DNA of 64,000 bases from Takakia lepidozioides (lineage: Eukaryota; Plantae; Bryophyta): positions 8,308,001 to 8,372,000 of the forward strand of contig CM060731.1 in NCBI GenBank assembly GCA_030704615.1, given 5' to 3'. Both the position numbers and the translations under genes were made by a program. The notes beneath the pieces were generated by a model that was not told where the DNA came from, did no database searches, and saw only the letters and a program-made list of their open reading frames with translations. Position 1 is the stretch's first letter, and each line of letters starts with the position of its first letter. This document shows positions 1-14,145 of the stretch, piece by piece.

Positions 1-955
1 CCAACACCTGCCTAGTACTACCCAATACCAGCCAAAAATGAAGAACCAGTTGCATACAGCATACGTGCATACCCAGACCTTGGACACCTCTATTACCTAT
101 AACCGTTGGTAATCTGAATCCAATAAATTTTGAAGTCGGAGCCACGGGTGGTCTGCTCTCCAGATCGGAGATTGAAAACAGCAAATGTTCAGGAAGCAAA
201 TGTTCAGGAATCTCTTCGTTGACACTTCACAAAATTCATGAATGATTTATATCTCCTGGTCAGGGGACTTCATGGGGCCGGCTGTCCGTCGGCACCCATG
301 CCCGCATGTATGACCCATGCCCGCATGTATGTTCTTCATCTACCGACAATCAAGTTGTAGCCAAGTTGGTAATGGGCACATACCACCTCGGAAGTGGTTG
401 TGGGTTCAATCCACCCTTGGTGTCACAAAGGTGTCCACCTTTCTAGAGAAGGCAGTAACCCTTGGGAGGGTGAAGAGAAGAGGCACCATAATTTACGCTT
501 CCTTTGGGAGGCGTCAAATATTATTATTATTGTTCTTCATCTACAGTGAGCAAATCTTTTGACAGAGGGACTGGGGTAAGTTCATTTGGAATCTTGTTTG
601 CTTCCAGCTTTTTTATTCGAATTTCTCATGCCATTAAGTTTGGATTTGGGTTTCAGTCTTGTTCATTTGAATTCCTTGATTTCCATCTATAACTCCACTG
701 CTGCCTGTCACAATGCCACGCTAGGACATATTTGAGCAATTTGTCTGTATTCCTGCAACATGAAGTGTCAGGTGAATATGTAGCCTGTCACCAGTAAAAG
801 GCAAGCTCTTTCCTGGCGTGTCAATGCAAAGGCATAGGTGAAAATAGAACCGGCATACTGAAATGTGCACAAACCTGTCAAATTCCCGTCAAATCTCATC
901 ACTGACCTGGATGATTTGATCACAAGGTCTGGGCCTTAATCATTTGGGCCTGTAG

Positions 956-1739
956 GGAGACAACATTATTGGAGAAATTCCATATACGCAGAGAACTGGT
1001 TCCTTCAACTTCTCTGACATGGCTACTGCATCAATCTTCCTATCCACCAAGTGCATATCTATACGTGTTCAGAAAACGCAACTTGGAAAGGGCGTCCTAT
1101 TGAGGCATAGGTATGTAGGCTGGTACTGCCGACTATCACCACCACTATGAAACAAGCATCCATACAGAATACCCATCAGACAAAACTTGACTAGTGCAGA
1201 CTACGGATATTTTTACGTGATCTTTACAGGACCTTCCTGACATTTCCTCTATCTCATGGTTAGGGGCATTTGTAGACTTTTCCATTGCCACTTTCACTTA
1301 ACTGATTTGCACACAAAAGCTGCTATAGCAGATCACATTCACAAATATATTTGTCAATGTTGTATAGGCCTGGTTTCTCTGCATCACTAAAGCAAAGGGC
1401 ATATCTGACCCCTAAGTTGACCCTACATCAACCCGGATTTGCATATCAAGAAAGCAAATCCTTGCAAATGGGGACAGAACTGACATATTAACCACCCTCA
1501 CTACCTGTAACATGTTCTAACTCCTTAACTTCTCTGCGTAGATAGGTGAGCATGTGCTTCTGTTGACTGTGAAGTACCTGGGGAGTATGACACACCTAAT
1601 ACAGGTATACCAGATTGTAGAATTCGCCCCCACACCCCGCGTCCCCTTCTCATGGTATGCTCCAGGCAGTTCATATGTACTTCGAAAACTTGAAGTCACT
1701 TCTTTTAATGCCACCAACGTGCTAGGATGCAGAGTTTAA
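956..1739 (+). CDS. Possible 3' exons of an unidentified gene entering from the left
   Basis: Three AG/GT-bounded open segments 956-1110, 1230-1258 and 1546-1739 (TAA) join in phase (2,1): GDNIIGEIPY...LRHR-TFLTFPLSH-GEHVLLL...LGCRV*. No family recognised and the upstream exons are unresolved. Confidence 0.35.
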
Positions 1740-2717
1740 ACTCGGTGACACTGGCGCTGGTATGCAGACAGTACATGTCAATAAGCAGCAGACCAAAATA
1801 CAAAGGCTAACATAGTAAAGGGGGCCAGCCAACATGACATCTGTCTATCCACAGGGAATGTAACGATTAAAACTATAAGACAATGTGAGTGAAGCAACAC
1901 ATTGTGGCGAATACATGTTATCTGACATGTTACAAAAGTGCCTTTCACACGAGCTATTTGGTAACCTGGCTACAGATGAATGGATGACGCTTTGAACCAG
2001 TAAAATGATTTCTTGAGCGAGATTTTTGCAAAGGGATTTTTAGGAAAATGCTACCAGAATACAGACCTAACAGTTGAAAACACCTCAAGCAAAGAATGAC
2101 TGTTTAGAATTAGGTCTGCCCTAAAACAAAGCTTCAACTTCTTACAGTTAGAAGCCCCACCACATGGCCCTAAAGTTTTTGGGAAGTAACAAGTCCCACA
2201 TAGACAAATCTCATGCAAACTGAATGATGGTGCAGAGGACTGCATCTCCAAGTGAAAACATCATGATATGCCATACTTTTGTTGCTACACTGGAATTACA
2301 AAAATGTAAGTGTGAGGAGCCATACAGCTACGTGGAATGCCATTATATCTTGACACGTATCAATGATTGGTCAGGTTCTTTTTCTGTTGAAACAATACAT
2401 TCTCATGTGCAAAGCAAGCACAACAGAGGGTAACATGGATCAAGTGTGTACTTCTGGTGAAGCAGCACCATCAAGAAAACCTCAGAGAAGAGTCAGAAGG
2501 AAAAATGGTCCAAAAAGCTGAGATATCAGAGAGAAGAGAGCAAGAGAGAGACTCGGCTCCTGATCGGAGAGTACATTGTCTAACCCTCCCAGTGCTGGTA
2601 GTGGAGGTCTGCTAGGTTTTCATTACATGGGTCTTTCCACAGCTACTTGGATTATTAGCACACGTGTTGAGAAGATGGCACATCTCACCTGATAAAAGCT
2701 TGATTAACACACCAACA

Positions 2718-5700
2718 TTATGTGCTGGGCTGAGAGGTCCCAGACTCCAAGTCCTTGGGACCAGATCCCTTGGCCCCTGTCTGTGAACTCACCTCCCCAT
2801 CCTCAATCTCCAACTCTAGTTCGTCAGTACGGTCAGCGCTGATATCATCGGAGGAGAACTCTATCTGGTGGTATTCCACCACTTCATGCAGAAACTGGTT
2901 CTCACGAGCATAATTAGCATTTTCCTGTTGCAAACGTCCTTTTTCTGCCAGCAAGGTCTCGAGCTGAAGTCTCACCTGTTACATAATCCATATGTTGGGT
3001 TCAACTGTGGACAAGCTGACCAGAACATCAAGGGTTCAAGTGCTTTGCAACATATTTCAGCACCGAAGACGTCCTTGTGACCTTCAACTTCCCTGTCCTT
3101 TTTGTCACTCCTGGCTTATTAACTCTTCGTCCTTTATGAGAGCGACATTTTGAAACTAGAAACAAATTTCTTCTAGAAATGATAACGACTACCATCATCC
3201 TTTCTCTTGTAAGTATTACATTGATCTGGGGCTCAAACCTTGATCTGGTCACATTTCCATGCAAGTTACCATTTCACATTACAAAGGAGGCTGAATGTAA
3301 GTTGAGGACAAAACAAATCAGGTACTTCCTGCCAAAGTGCACTTCATTTATAGGGAATTGGTTTTTTCAAGCATAAGACGTTCTAAGACATCTTTCGGAT
3401 TTGCAAACAGTGAAAAAGCTCCCAAGACTAACCAAATACCCTACAATGATGAGACGAGCCACTTACATTCAAAGGTTGACAGTAAATACACAGTCCATCC
3501 AGTGCACTCCCTGTCTTGACGATGGAGCGGGGATTCCAGGTGCCAGAAATAGGTACAGAGAACTTGGAACAAAAGAATAGCCACAAAGGGAATCACTTGA
3601 ACTAAGAAAAGTGGGACTTACTAGGTCGTCTTCGTCAGGTCTCACACCCTTGACCACACTCTCGCGCAGCCTCTTGTTCTCTTCCTCCAGCTGTGCACAG
3701 CGGTCCCTCAAGAATGCCATGTCCCCCTTCAGAGTCTTAAGCTCCCGTAGCAACATCTTTGCTTTAGATGCCATAGCCATTGCGACCTTTCCACCACCAA
3801 AACATGAATGGGGTTACCAAGAACCCAAATGGAAAATGGCGCTGATAGGAGGGATGACAATTCCCTGAGAACATTCACTGTGGCATGTGCTCTTCAGAGT
3901 CTTGATACTAACTTTCTCAGAGCAGTGGTAGGTGTTTAGTGATGAAACACCCTCCAAGATTGTAGGCAATGACATTAAAGGCCTAGAAGGAGTGAAAGGT
4001 TGACTATAAAGGCAGGTATTGACGTCATGCAGCAAGCCAACGAATAGAGCAAAAGTGAAGAACACTTTTAGCTATTCAAGAGCATTCTATCAACGGGAAG
4101 AATGTAGAGGTGACATGTGCCTGTGATTGAACTGCCAGTCACTCTGTGAAGACCAGGGGGGCATGCAGCGCACTCCAGAGAGATAATGAACTAATAAGAT
4201 GTTGTTTGCCTTATAAATGACTTATAAATGACTTTCTGCCAATGGAATTCTGCTCATCCTCAACAGAAAGCCCTATGACATCGTCTTGTTGTAGACCCTT
4301 GCCCACCCAGGCATTAAAATCACCTAACAAGACCACATGACCTTTGGTGAGGAACTTAGCACCGTACACCTTGATGTCTTCGAAGGCTTTATCTGCGTCA
4401 ACACTGAGGGTTCGCTTGGTAGGCATGTAGACACAACCCACAAAGAGGTCCTTAGCCTTCATGCCACCCTTCAATTTCAGTCTCAGCCAGATACTATGTT
4501 CATATTGAAGTTGCTGATAATTTCACAATCAAAACCAAAAGAAATTACGGACGAAGAATCCCACACCTTTCTGACCACGCTTGGCCACATCTTACCAAAC
4601 CATTTATAGCCAATGACATCCCCAACTAGCTTGTCTGGAGTTTCTCATGTGTCCTGCCCAGAAAAAATGTGAATGCCATTTGCTCGAAGAACTTGTCCCA
4701 ATTTGGTTAGTTATCCCACAGAAGTTAAAGGTGCCTAGCCTTAGACCAGCTTTACGCATCCGAACGTCTAGGTGGCTTTTGAATGCTCCTAGACCTCTTG
4801 CAATTCTGCATAGGTAGGTCTGTTTCATTGTGTATAGGCTTCGATCATCTCTTGTAGACTGGATTGGCACGCCATTGAGCATGCCATATCCTTCATTCAT
4901 GGGTTGATCAATCCCTGCAAAAGATTAAGGAAAAGAGAGAAGAGAGAGGGAGAGAGGGAGACAACAAAGACAACAAAGACAACAACAATTGCTAGAGCAA
5001 AAATCAGTGCCACCTTACATCACGAGAGGCCTTTAGTTGCGTGTCACTTGTAAACACTGATCCAGGTTCCCCCTTCTCCTGAGTCTGCTGCTGTGGCAAC
5101 TTGGGACTGATAGATGGTGACCTCTTCCACAGAGGTGTGCTCTTTCTGACTTCTGTGTGGCGTGGCTCTGGAGTCATCATTTCAGAGGCTTTTGTTTCCA
5201 CCAGACTCAACCCCTCCTGCATTACATGACACAGGCATGAAGTCATACTCAAACATGACTATGTTGGAAATGCAACCTCAACCACATGTAACATACCTGT
5301 GTCAGGTAAAGGTGACATTAGTGCCCCAGGAATGAACAGTCTGCCCTCTAGTATAACGTCTAGGCCAGCTCAACTGTGTGATCCTGTTGACATAGGTTGC
5401 ACACTGGAGCTGGAGTAATTCCAGGCCACGCTGCATACCCTGCTGATTCAAACCACAAGCGGCTCTACAAGGCTTAATATCTCATGGGAGCCATGAATGG
5501 GCGCATGTCCTAATCGAAACTGCTAAACACTTAAAGCTAGGCTACTTCTAAGAACTGGTAGAACTTCAGTTCCTACCAGCTTCAGCTCCTAGATCCTACC
5601 CTCCGAAGAGGGTACAAACAGCACCACAATCAGTTAGGTGTGGCACCAAGAAGAGATGCCTGCCCTTAGTAGACCTGGATGGTGACTGTTCTGAGTGTCA

Positions 5701-8700
5701 GTGACTGATGGGTAATCTCCTATGGAGATAAGGTTCAGCAACAATGAGACTTTTACATGGAATTGATGAGAAGAAGTGTCACCTCAATAGCAGTACCAAG
5801 AGTGCCACCCAGAAGAGAGAGGGAAGAAGCTATGGCATCCAATCCCTTTTGCAACACAGGTGCCTCCATCCGTTTTCCTGGCTTGCAATCAATGCTTTGC
5901 GGCACCTGCACTTTTTGCAACAGCATTCTAGCAGATCAGCTTGCAAGAACATAATCTCTCTCTCTCTCTCTCTCTCTCGCTCTCTCAAAACAACATCTCC
6001 CTGTCCTCTAGGAAGCCTATTGACATTGGGTGGACTTGAAACGGGAGTACATTAATGTCTCTGTGACTAAATGCCGGCCTTGTGACCTCGTGTCCTTGTT
6101 TGTTTCGACCTGAAGCGCTTTGCTTCAGGTAAGGTAGTGCATTGGATTTAGTTGGAAAGCTTGGGGCCTTTCCCTCTTTAGAATATGCCTACACGGGCCA
6201 TTCCCTGCAACTCCCTGGAGTGTGATCTCTGAATGGTAACAAGCGGACTCCTACCGCTTGGGGGCAGCCCCTCCGCCCAAATTGGGCAGTCGTATGCTCT
6301 GTCTAGCATACTCGGCACTTGGGCTCGGGTTGGTTCCTGTGCTTAAACTTATGGCCTGCGAAAACAATAAAAAATTTAGCTCCTATCAACATCAACACTC
6401 CTCAGGGTGATCCCTGGGAATTGGTTACTTATGCCAAATCTAGGGCTTCATGTGTAGTTTTTGGGGTGAATCCCAGGATGGACGATGTGTCCTTTAAAAC
6501 TACGTGCTCTAGCTTAGGCTTGGATTTCATGGCTAATGGTACCATCTCGAGACTTGATAACAGGGGTACGTTGAAGGTTGCAATGACCAAAAGTGCTTCT
6601 AATAGAGTCCCGCATCAATTCAATCTCAAAGAAGTTCGTCCCTTGACTGGCTGGAGAGCGGTCTTAGACATTGGTGATTCAATGGGGCGCTCTAGGAAGA
6701 CAACCAAGGGCAACAACTTCAACTTGAGAGTTTCTAATCGGTTTGATGCTCTGGATGAGGTTGAATCCAAACAGCCAGAAGGACAAGATGCCCCTAAGTG
6801 TACGGAACCTGAACATCCTGAATCTGAAGGATTTGGTACTCTGAATGGTTTACCAATCCTCAAGGTTTACACAAGACGAACAAATTCTATACACGGGGTA
6901 ATTGTCCCCAAGCCGTCAGATGGACAATCTGTCCCTAAGTGTGCAGAGCCTGAACGTCGTGTAACTGAAGGATTTGGTACTCTAAATGGTTTACCAATCC
7001 TCAAAGTCTACACAAGACGAGCAAAATCTATACATGGGGTAATTGTCCCCAAGCAGTCTGACGGACAATCTGCCCCTATGTGTGCGGAGCCTGTGCGTCG
7101 TGTAACTGAAAGATTTGGTACCCTGAATGGTTTACCAATTCTCAAAGTTTACACAAGACGAGCAAAATCTACACATGGGGTAACTGTCCCCCCTTTGCAG
7201 AACGGTTGGCCGTGCAGGAGCAATCACAAGCTACCTAGACGACAAACAATTCACACGCAAAGGGCGGCCACTTTCAACTTCTCAGGGTTGACCAACCAAA
7301 GGAAACAACTTGAAGTGGGACAAGTTCTTCGGACTAATGATATTCATATCTGTGCTGGGCAAGAAACATGGGAAACGTCGGATAAACTGGTTGGAGGTGT
7401 CATTGGTTATAAATGGGCAGGTAAGATGTGTACTCTCAAGGCAGAGCCTCTGCCAAACGCGGTCAAAAAGGGGTCGGATTCTTTGTCCGTGATTTCTTGT
7501 TTGACAATTGTGAAATTATCAACAAGGGTTTGAGGTACGAGCATAGTATCTGGCTAAAACTGAATTTGAAGGGCGGCATGAGTACAAAGGACCTCTTTGT
7601 TGGTTGTGTTTACATGCCCACAGAGGGGACCCTTAGTGCTGACGCAGACAAGGCCTTCGAAGATGTAAAGCTGGACTGTGCTTCGTTCCTTGCCAAAGGT
7701 CAGGTGGTACTATTGGGGGACTTCAATGCCCGCGTGGGCAAAGGGATCCATCAGGACGATATCATTGGACCTTTTGGTGAGGACGAGCTGAATTCTAATG
7801 GCAGACGGTTAATTAACTGTCTAGAAGAGCTTCAGCTTTTGACCTTGAATAACAGGACAAGAGGTGACCAAGTGCAGTGGACTCGTGAGAAATCCCAAAC
7901 TGGGGAACGTTCCATTGTGGACTATATCATAATGGACAAAATTTTGTTCCCCCAGTGTGCCAATGTGTTGATCGACAGAACTGATATTGGTACCTCTGAC
8001 CACTTCCTGGTTTGGACTGAGATCAAAAGGTGTTTTCCCACCACCAAGAGATCTGTGAAACGTTCGATTCGGAAGTGGCGCATAGAAAAATTCCACAATG
8101 AGGAGGTCAAGGCTGAGTACGTCCAGGCCTTGCAAGAGGCTCTCCCTCATTTTGTCCAATCGCTCCAAGAACTTCAGTCACGCTCTGTTAACGCAAGAAA
8201 TGAAGTCGAAAGAGCAGTGGACTCTTGGGAGAGTTTCGTTTCCTCCGTGGCTGACAAGACCATTGGGAGGAAACTAATTGTCTGCGGTAGAGCAGTTAAT
8301 TGGTGGACTAATGAGATTAAACTCAAGATAGCTGAGAGACGAGCCCCTCCATTGGCAAGACATTCTGCAGAGTTATAAGTACTCGTCTCGAGGTTGATCT
8401 GGAGTCTAGAGGTTGTTTCCACGAAGGCCAAGCTGGCTTTCGGCGAAACAGGGGCTGTGTGGATCATATCTTCACTCTAAGCCAGATTATCCAGGGAAGG
8501 AAAAAAGAAGGGAAACCCACTTATGTCTTTTTCCTGGATGTCAAAAAGGCTTATGACACAGTGTGGAGAGATGGCCTATGGTTCCGCCTCTGGTCTTGTG
8601 GGATCAAGGGAAAGATGTGGAGAGTTGCCCACAACTTGTATGCTCACACCAAAAGCTGTGTCACTGTTAACGGACAGAAGTCCAACTTCTTTGACATAGA

Positions 8701-11700
8701 CCAAGGTGTAGCTCAAGGATGTACTCTCTCCCCTCTGCTCTTAATGTTTTCATCAATCAACTCCTCGAGGATGTGGAAAGTGAGGGATTTGGGTTAAGGG
8801 TGGGTGATACCACCATACCAGCCCTTATGTTTGCAGATGACTTCGCAGGCATAGGGGAGACTCCAACCAATCCAGGAGTTGATTGATTGCGCGAAGAGAT
8901 ACTTTGATCTTTGGGGGCTAGAGGCTAATGTCAGCAAATGTGCAGTGGTAGCATTCAACGACAGAGGAGAGGGAGGAAGTGATCTTAAGTGGCAGTGGGG
9001 TAGCCAAGAGATCCCGGTCCTCCCTTCCTACACTTACCTGGGCGTTGAGTTCTCCTCCAATTGTAATTGGGATGCACATATCCGGAAAGTTGTTCAAACT
9101 GGCAAGGGCAAAGCTCTGGGGCTCACTAAATTTTTCCACTGCAGAGGGGTCAACTCTGAGGTTAAGAAAACCATGCTTTGTCGCGTTATTAGACCTGCCT
9201 TGGAGTACGGATCTGCTATATGGGTTGATAACTCCAACCAGGCTAAGTCTCTAGAATCCATTCAAGTGGGGGTGCTTAAGGAGTGTATGTCAGCATGCTC
9301 CAAAACAGCCAATGTGGCTGTTCGGGGTGAGTTTGGCATTCCGTCCTTAAGCTCCTGATGAGATGTATTCAAGGTCAGATGGTGGGGTCAGCTGCAACAT
9401 ATGCCCAACACCAGATATCCTAAGTTAATCGACTCTATATCTTGGAAACAGGACCGCCCTGTCAAACAGGCTAAGTCCTGGCAGAAGAGAGTAGAAGAGA
9501 TCCTCAAGGACCTGGACCTGGATTCGCAAGTCTTGACCCTGCTGATCTGACTTAGTGTCCTCAGCCATGTCTGTTGCCATGAGATTGTCTGATGAAAATG
9601 AAGTTAGGCAGAAAACTTCCCTGAGCTTGTTTCCAGTCTGTGACATGGGGGAGGACATCTTGGATGACCTCAAGGGTCTACCCACTCTCGGCACTAGACT
9701 GAAATTTAAACTCAGGGCAGGAAGCCTACCTTTGAACAGCAAACAGAAGCAGAGAGGAAAGGGAGAGTGCAATTGCCCGTTGTGTGGGCAATCTGAAGAC
9801 AGTATTCATTTTCTGATACACTGTCCGGGGTTCTCTCACCAAAGAGACGCTCTCTTCAAATCTATTAAGGGGATTGTGCCTGTACCCCTGTTTACCAACT
9901 TTGAAAGTCTCGAGGCTGAGCCAAAAGCCCAGGCCCTCCTGAGGCCTAGTTTTTGGGCAAATCACACACAGCAGATTGATGCTTGTGTGAAGGAATTTCT
10001 AGAGGATATCTGGAAAACCCGGATTAATTCTATATATGGAGGTAAGTCTTACTACCAACGTCAGCCCCTGACAGAGGTAGGTTCTGTCCCTTTTGTTCCC
10101 GCTCAAACTGGGCGCGGGGTCAATGGCCACAAGGCTACGGCAAACAACGTCTTATGAGTACAATCTCTCAAAACAACGTCTTATGAGTACATTCTCTCTC
10201 GCTCTCTCACATGTGCGGTGGCCTGAAGACAATATCCATTTTCTGATGAAATGTCCTCTGAAACCCTCTTCAGGACCCTCAAGGACATAGTACCTGCACC
10301 TCTGTTCACCAACTTTCAAAATCTCGAGGCTGAGCCTAAAGCCGTGGCAACCACCCATGTAGTCAGCTCTAGTACCAAACAATTGACAATCCAATGGTTA
10401 ATCATAACACTATAGATGGCTCTTTATGGCTATCCTCAAGTTTGGTGGCTCTATTTGGGGGTTGCTAGCCTCCCATTATAATTACAGAGTTGTACCAAAC
10501 TCATACAATTGGATATTCTTTGCCATTTGGCTCTCCTTGATACCTGTCGGCTGGAAGGAGGGGTAGGGAGCCCACAATCTTCATTACATAAGTGTAGCAG
10601 TCTTAAGCATCCACCAGATGGCCCAATGATTAGAGCACAAGGCCCACCTTACAAGCGGTTGTATATGTTGGATATAACCTGTTATAGCCAACCCAGCTAT
10701 GAAAGGAGGGGTCAACTAATGTGTGGGTACTTGGGGAAGGTATGGGTACTTGGGGACTTTTGAATCCTTATGTGACGTTTGAACAACCATGTTGCCCCGG
10801 TTACACCCGTTATAAAGTGTCCACCTTCCAAACAGAACGCAGCAGCCCTTCGGGGTGAATTGACACCCTCATTTGCACTTGCTTCGGTAGGAGTCAACCT
10901 GTTTTTTGTAGTACTCCTCAATTTCAGCCATCTTCTTCAAGAAGTGGCTCGGAAGGAAGGGGGGCAGCTTTAGGCATCATGGCACACTTCAAGGTTCTCT
11001 TTTACCGATCCAAATCTGTTTTTGACAAATGCTTTGCTATAGCAAACACACATCTTTTCAAGTTGAGTGCCACAGCATCTTGCTCATTGTGTAGTGAAAC
11101 TGTCCCACAGTGGACTTGGTGTTTCCTGCCTTTCACTAACTTGTAGATAAGCTTTCTTAAGAGTGGAAATTGATTGGCTAGGCTTAGAAAGCCTGGTATT
11201 CCACAACACGCACTAACCTATTGGTCAACAGATACTTGTAATGGTAACAGATGAGGTTCCAGCCCTTTCTTTATTTTTAAGATTGACTCCCAAGGCTGCG
11301 GAAGAGACAACATGGAGGCAAGTTATTGGCCTCTGCTGTGCTATTGTCCTCACTTTTTACTGCTTCTTGAAGGTATTAGGTCCAACAGTCACATGCTATG
11401 GTAGGACCATGCAAGACCTTCTTGATCCTCGTCTCAGAACTGATGTACAACTCTATACAATCATCATTGCCAGAATCTACTTAGGGTGTTCCTAAGGTTT
11501 AAAGACGTTGTCTACACCATCAGACTGCATTATCATCCAGTATCTGCAAACCCAAAGCCTACCTATTCCAGAGGAAAATTGAATATGAAGGTGGTATCAA
11601 GTCCGGTCTGGATCACGAACATTTTGGAAACTACAACCCACGAATTATCACGAGCTAGGCTGAGCCGGCCCTGTTTGGGTCTAATTGCTGGGCAGCTCAC

Positions 11701-12632
11701 ACACAGCAGGTTGATGCTTGTGTGAAGGGCTTTGTAGAGGAGATCTGGAAATTCCAGAACTACCTGTCTTTATCTTGGTGAGTTCTACTACAAAAATACT
11801 GAATGCTCTGTCATAGATGCCTTGCTGTTCCAAGTGACTTGCCCAAAGACCCAAATTATGTAGAGAAAATTAAAAAATTTGCCAGTTTCTGATGAAATCG
11901 CGGTGACAGTTGGATCTAACAGGCTGTATTGAGAGTTTATGTCAGAGTGTGTGTGTGTGTGATCAAGGTGTTTGTCATGCACGAACATATCTTTGCCAAA
12001 GATATAATTTGTAGACACAAACTGCCTGAGAGCTGGTTCTATTACATGTATCCAAGCACTGTAATGGATGTCATCCGTTATCGATCACACCATGAATAGT
12101 TACAAACATCTGAAAGCTGGTATGCAGCCAAGCACTTGCAGGGTGGATTTCCTCAGGAACGAGGGAATCAAGATGGAGTGTTATATATGTCATCCGTTAT
12201 GGATCACAGTCTGGAAATCACCATTTCTGGACAGGTTTTATATGTTGTAGTAAATTTGAATAGAACTCCAAGCCTGACAAATAACCACATCACATACAGA
12301 GAGTCCGTAAAGCTCATTAGCTTGAAAAACTGAACTAGGAGCCAGTCTGCAACCAAAGGATTATTTTGTTGTGACCAAATGATTCCTTTGGAGCAACCAC
12401 AACTCACCCTTTGTTTGTGAGAGAAAAGAGAAAGACACACCTGCTCTGCTGCCGGACTTTCTGGCACCACTTTCTCAGCCTCATCCTCTTGAACTTGGGA
12501 GGGAATTCCATCTTCTAAAAGAACCGCTTTTGCCTTTTGGGCAAACTTACTCCAACTCCAAAATCCTTGGTCTGACTTGGACGCTGTCATTGGACTTTGC
12601 GGTGACGACTCCACCGACGGTAATCCTGATCT
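2718..12632 (-). CDS. Plant DUF662-like coiled-coil protein gene (N-terminus unresolved)
   Basis: In-phase GT-AG exons about 12632-12441, 5905-5783, 5216-5019, 3786-3622 and 2975-2718. Motifs [53 protein letters not shown]...[46 protein letters not shown]. Confidence 0.85.
4080..4900 (-). mobile_element. Degraded LINE fragment (AP-endonuclease region), same family as the 5988-10192 element
   Basis: [18 protein letters not shown]...[12 protein letters not shown] closely matches ORF 7428-8378. Broken by stops and frameshifts; lies in an intron of the DUF662 gene. Confidence 0.85.
5955..5987. repeat. (CT)n microsatellite, LINE insertion site
   Basis: Direct CT dinucleotide run. Confidence 0.9.
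5988..10192 (+). mobile_element. Non-LTR retrotransposon (APE endonuclease + RT + C-terminal Zn knuckle), defective, intronic and antisense to the host gene
   Basis: ORF pieces 6319-7533, 7428-8378, 8459-8797, 8879-9358 and 9555-10157. Motifs: APE ([23 protein letters not shown]), RT ([24 protein letters not shown] near 8830) and [14 protein letters not shown]. Frameshifts and an internal deletion near 8340. 17-bp direct repeat TCTCTCTCGCTCTCTCA at 5971-5987 and 10193-10209 is the candidate TSD. Confidence 0.92.
6785..7190 (+). repeat. Three in-frame ~129-bp (43-aa) tandem repeats in the LINE N-terminal region
   Basis: PKCxEP..(T/S)[28 protein letters not shown] occurs three times. Confidence 0.9.
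10210..11780 (+). mobile_element. Older LINE 3'-end fragments
   Basis: 10210-10345 and 11650-11760 resemble 9780-9930 and 9940-10025 of the adjacent LINE (e.g. CACACAGCAG.TTGATGCTTGTGTGAAGG). The sequence between them is not assigned. Confidence 0.6.
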
Positions 12633-14145
12633 CTACACAATTAGCCCAAACCAAAAGTGAACATTTTTGGAAGGCCACTGGAAATCCTAACGGCCTAAGA
12701 CAATGTCGAGTTACATTGTCCAGTAGAAAAGCACCTGCATCAACAGCAATGCACACTACGAGTTTTCGGGTAGAATATACGAGGAGATGACATAAGTGAG
12801 GGAGTGACTTCCTATCCATCCCATACTCCCTTCGATTTGCCTATGGAGCAAGATGTTCACGTACGGTAACTACAACTACACTCTGTGCTTGCACGCAATG
12901 AGAGGGCAGGTAACACTGTAACATGAGAGTCGCTGCACAGCGGCTGTGGCTCCAACCCTCATCCTCTTTGCTTCAATCCACGAATAGAACGATTGACTCC
13001 ATGTATGACCATGGAAGTTTGGCATCCCTTTCATTTATGGAGTAGAGTACCCTTCAGATAAGCAGTGTGGACAGAGCAGAGAATGACACGGTCAGGATCA
13101 CGGTAGATCAGAAATGACATCATCTGCTATCTGGAAGTTTGGTTCCTGCAAATTGATGGAACCCGAATTCAAGAGATGCTCCTTCTCCCATGCATGTAGC
13201 TGATGGAGTAGAGGATACCAGAATGTAGACCACGACATGTCTACGCATGTACTCAAGAAAAGACGGGACGAGGGAAAAAATCCCACAACCGAACCGCGTG
13301 CATCAACACCCAGAAGAAACACATCTCGTGACCTCCCACATTTAAAAACAAAACGGAAGGGCCGGAGAGCGGGGACCTCATCGCATGGAGCTTGTGATAC
13401 TGGGGGGACTTCAGAGCTTCCCATGGCCGGAGCTGTGCACTCCTGCTGCTGCATTGTAGCACAGTCGCGAGACAACCCACAAAGCGAAGTTTTCTCGAAG
13501 GGATGGATTCTGTCTGGTATATTAGGCCTTGAGGACAGCTTTAGATGGATATGGAGGTGTGATTTGCATTTCTTTCTGTAGGATACACACCAAGTATGAC
13601 TGCCAAATTTCAGAAAGACAAACTGATTGCCTGTTGAAGCATATTTCCAGAATCTTGTAGTTGCCACGGTTTTCTGAATGCATGACTGTCCTTGCTGACA
13701 ACTGCAGACTTGGATGCTGATTTCGGCCTATACTGATCATCATGCTCATCTTACTCTATTGCATGCAAACAACGTCTTATGAGTTCATTCTATTGTTCAG
13801 TGATCGATGTGTTCAAGAAACCACAGATACACTAAACTGCCTGTCTAATCAGTTTACAAGTAAACTTTGTTGGCTGTGCTATCTATGGTGCAACCCGCAT
13901 CTGAAGTTACTTGGAAGTAATCTCTTGCAGTCTCTTTGAGGAACAGCAGATCCTTCTGCATGCTCTTGCTACAAGGAATGCTTCTATATCCCTCGTGATC
14001 ACAGCTGAAACTACATGTAATGTAGTGTGCGGTTTGTGGAAGTCAGGGGCAGCACATTTGTTTGTTCACATACTTCCAAATATAATACAGAAAATACTGT
14101 TGACATTCTTCATTTCACTAGACATCCTGTCTTTGTTGCCTGTAA

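Noticed and set aside
1-92. hAT/MITE right end (..GGACACCTCTA)
   Set aside because: The partner TIR and TSD would lie outside the window and cannot be verified.
13098-13667. 189-aa ORF as a separate gene or first DUF662 exon
   Set aside because: No recognisable motif, and I could not establish a convincing splice link.
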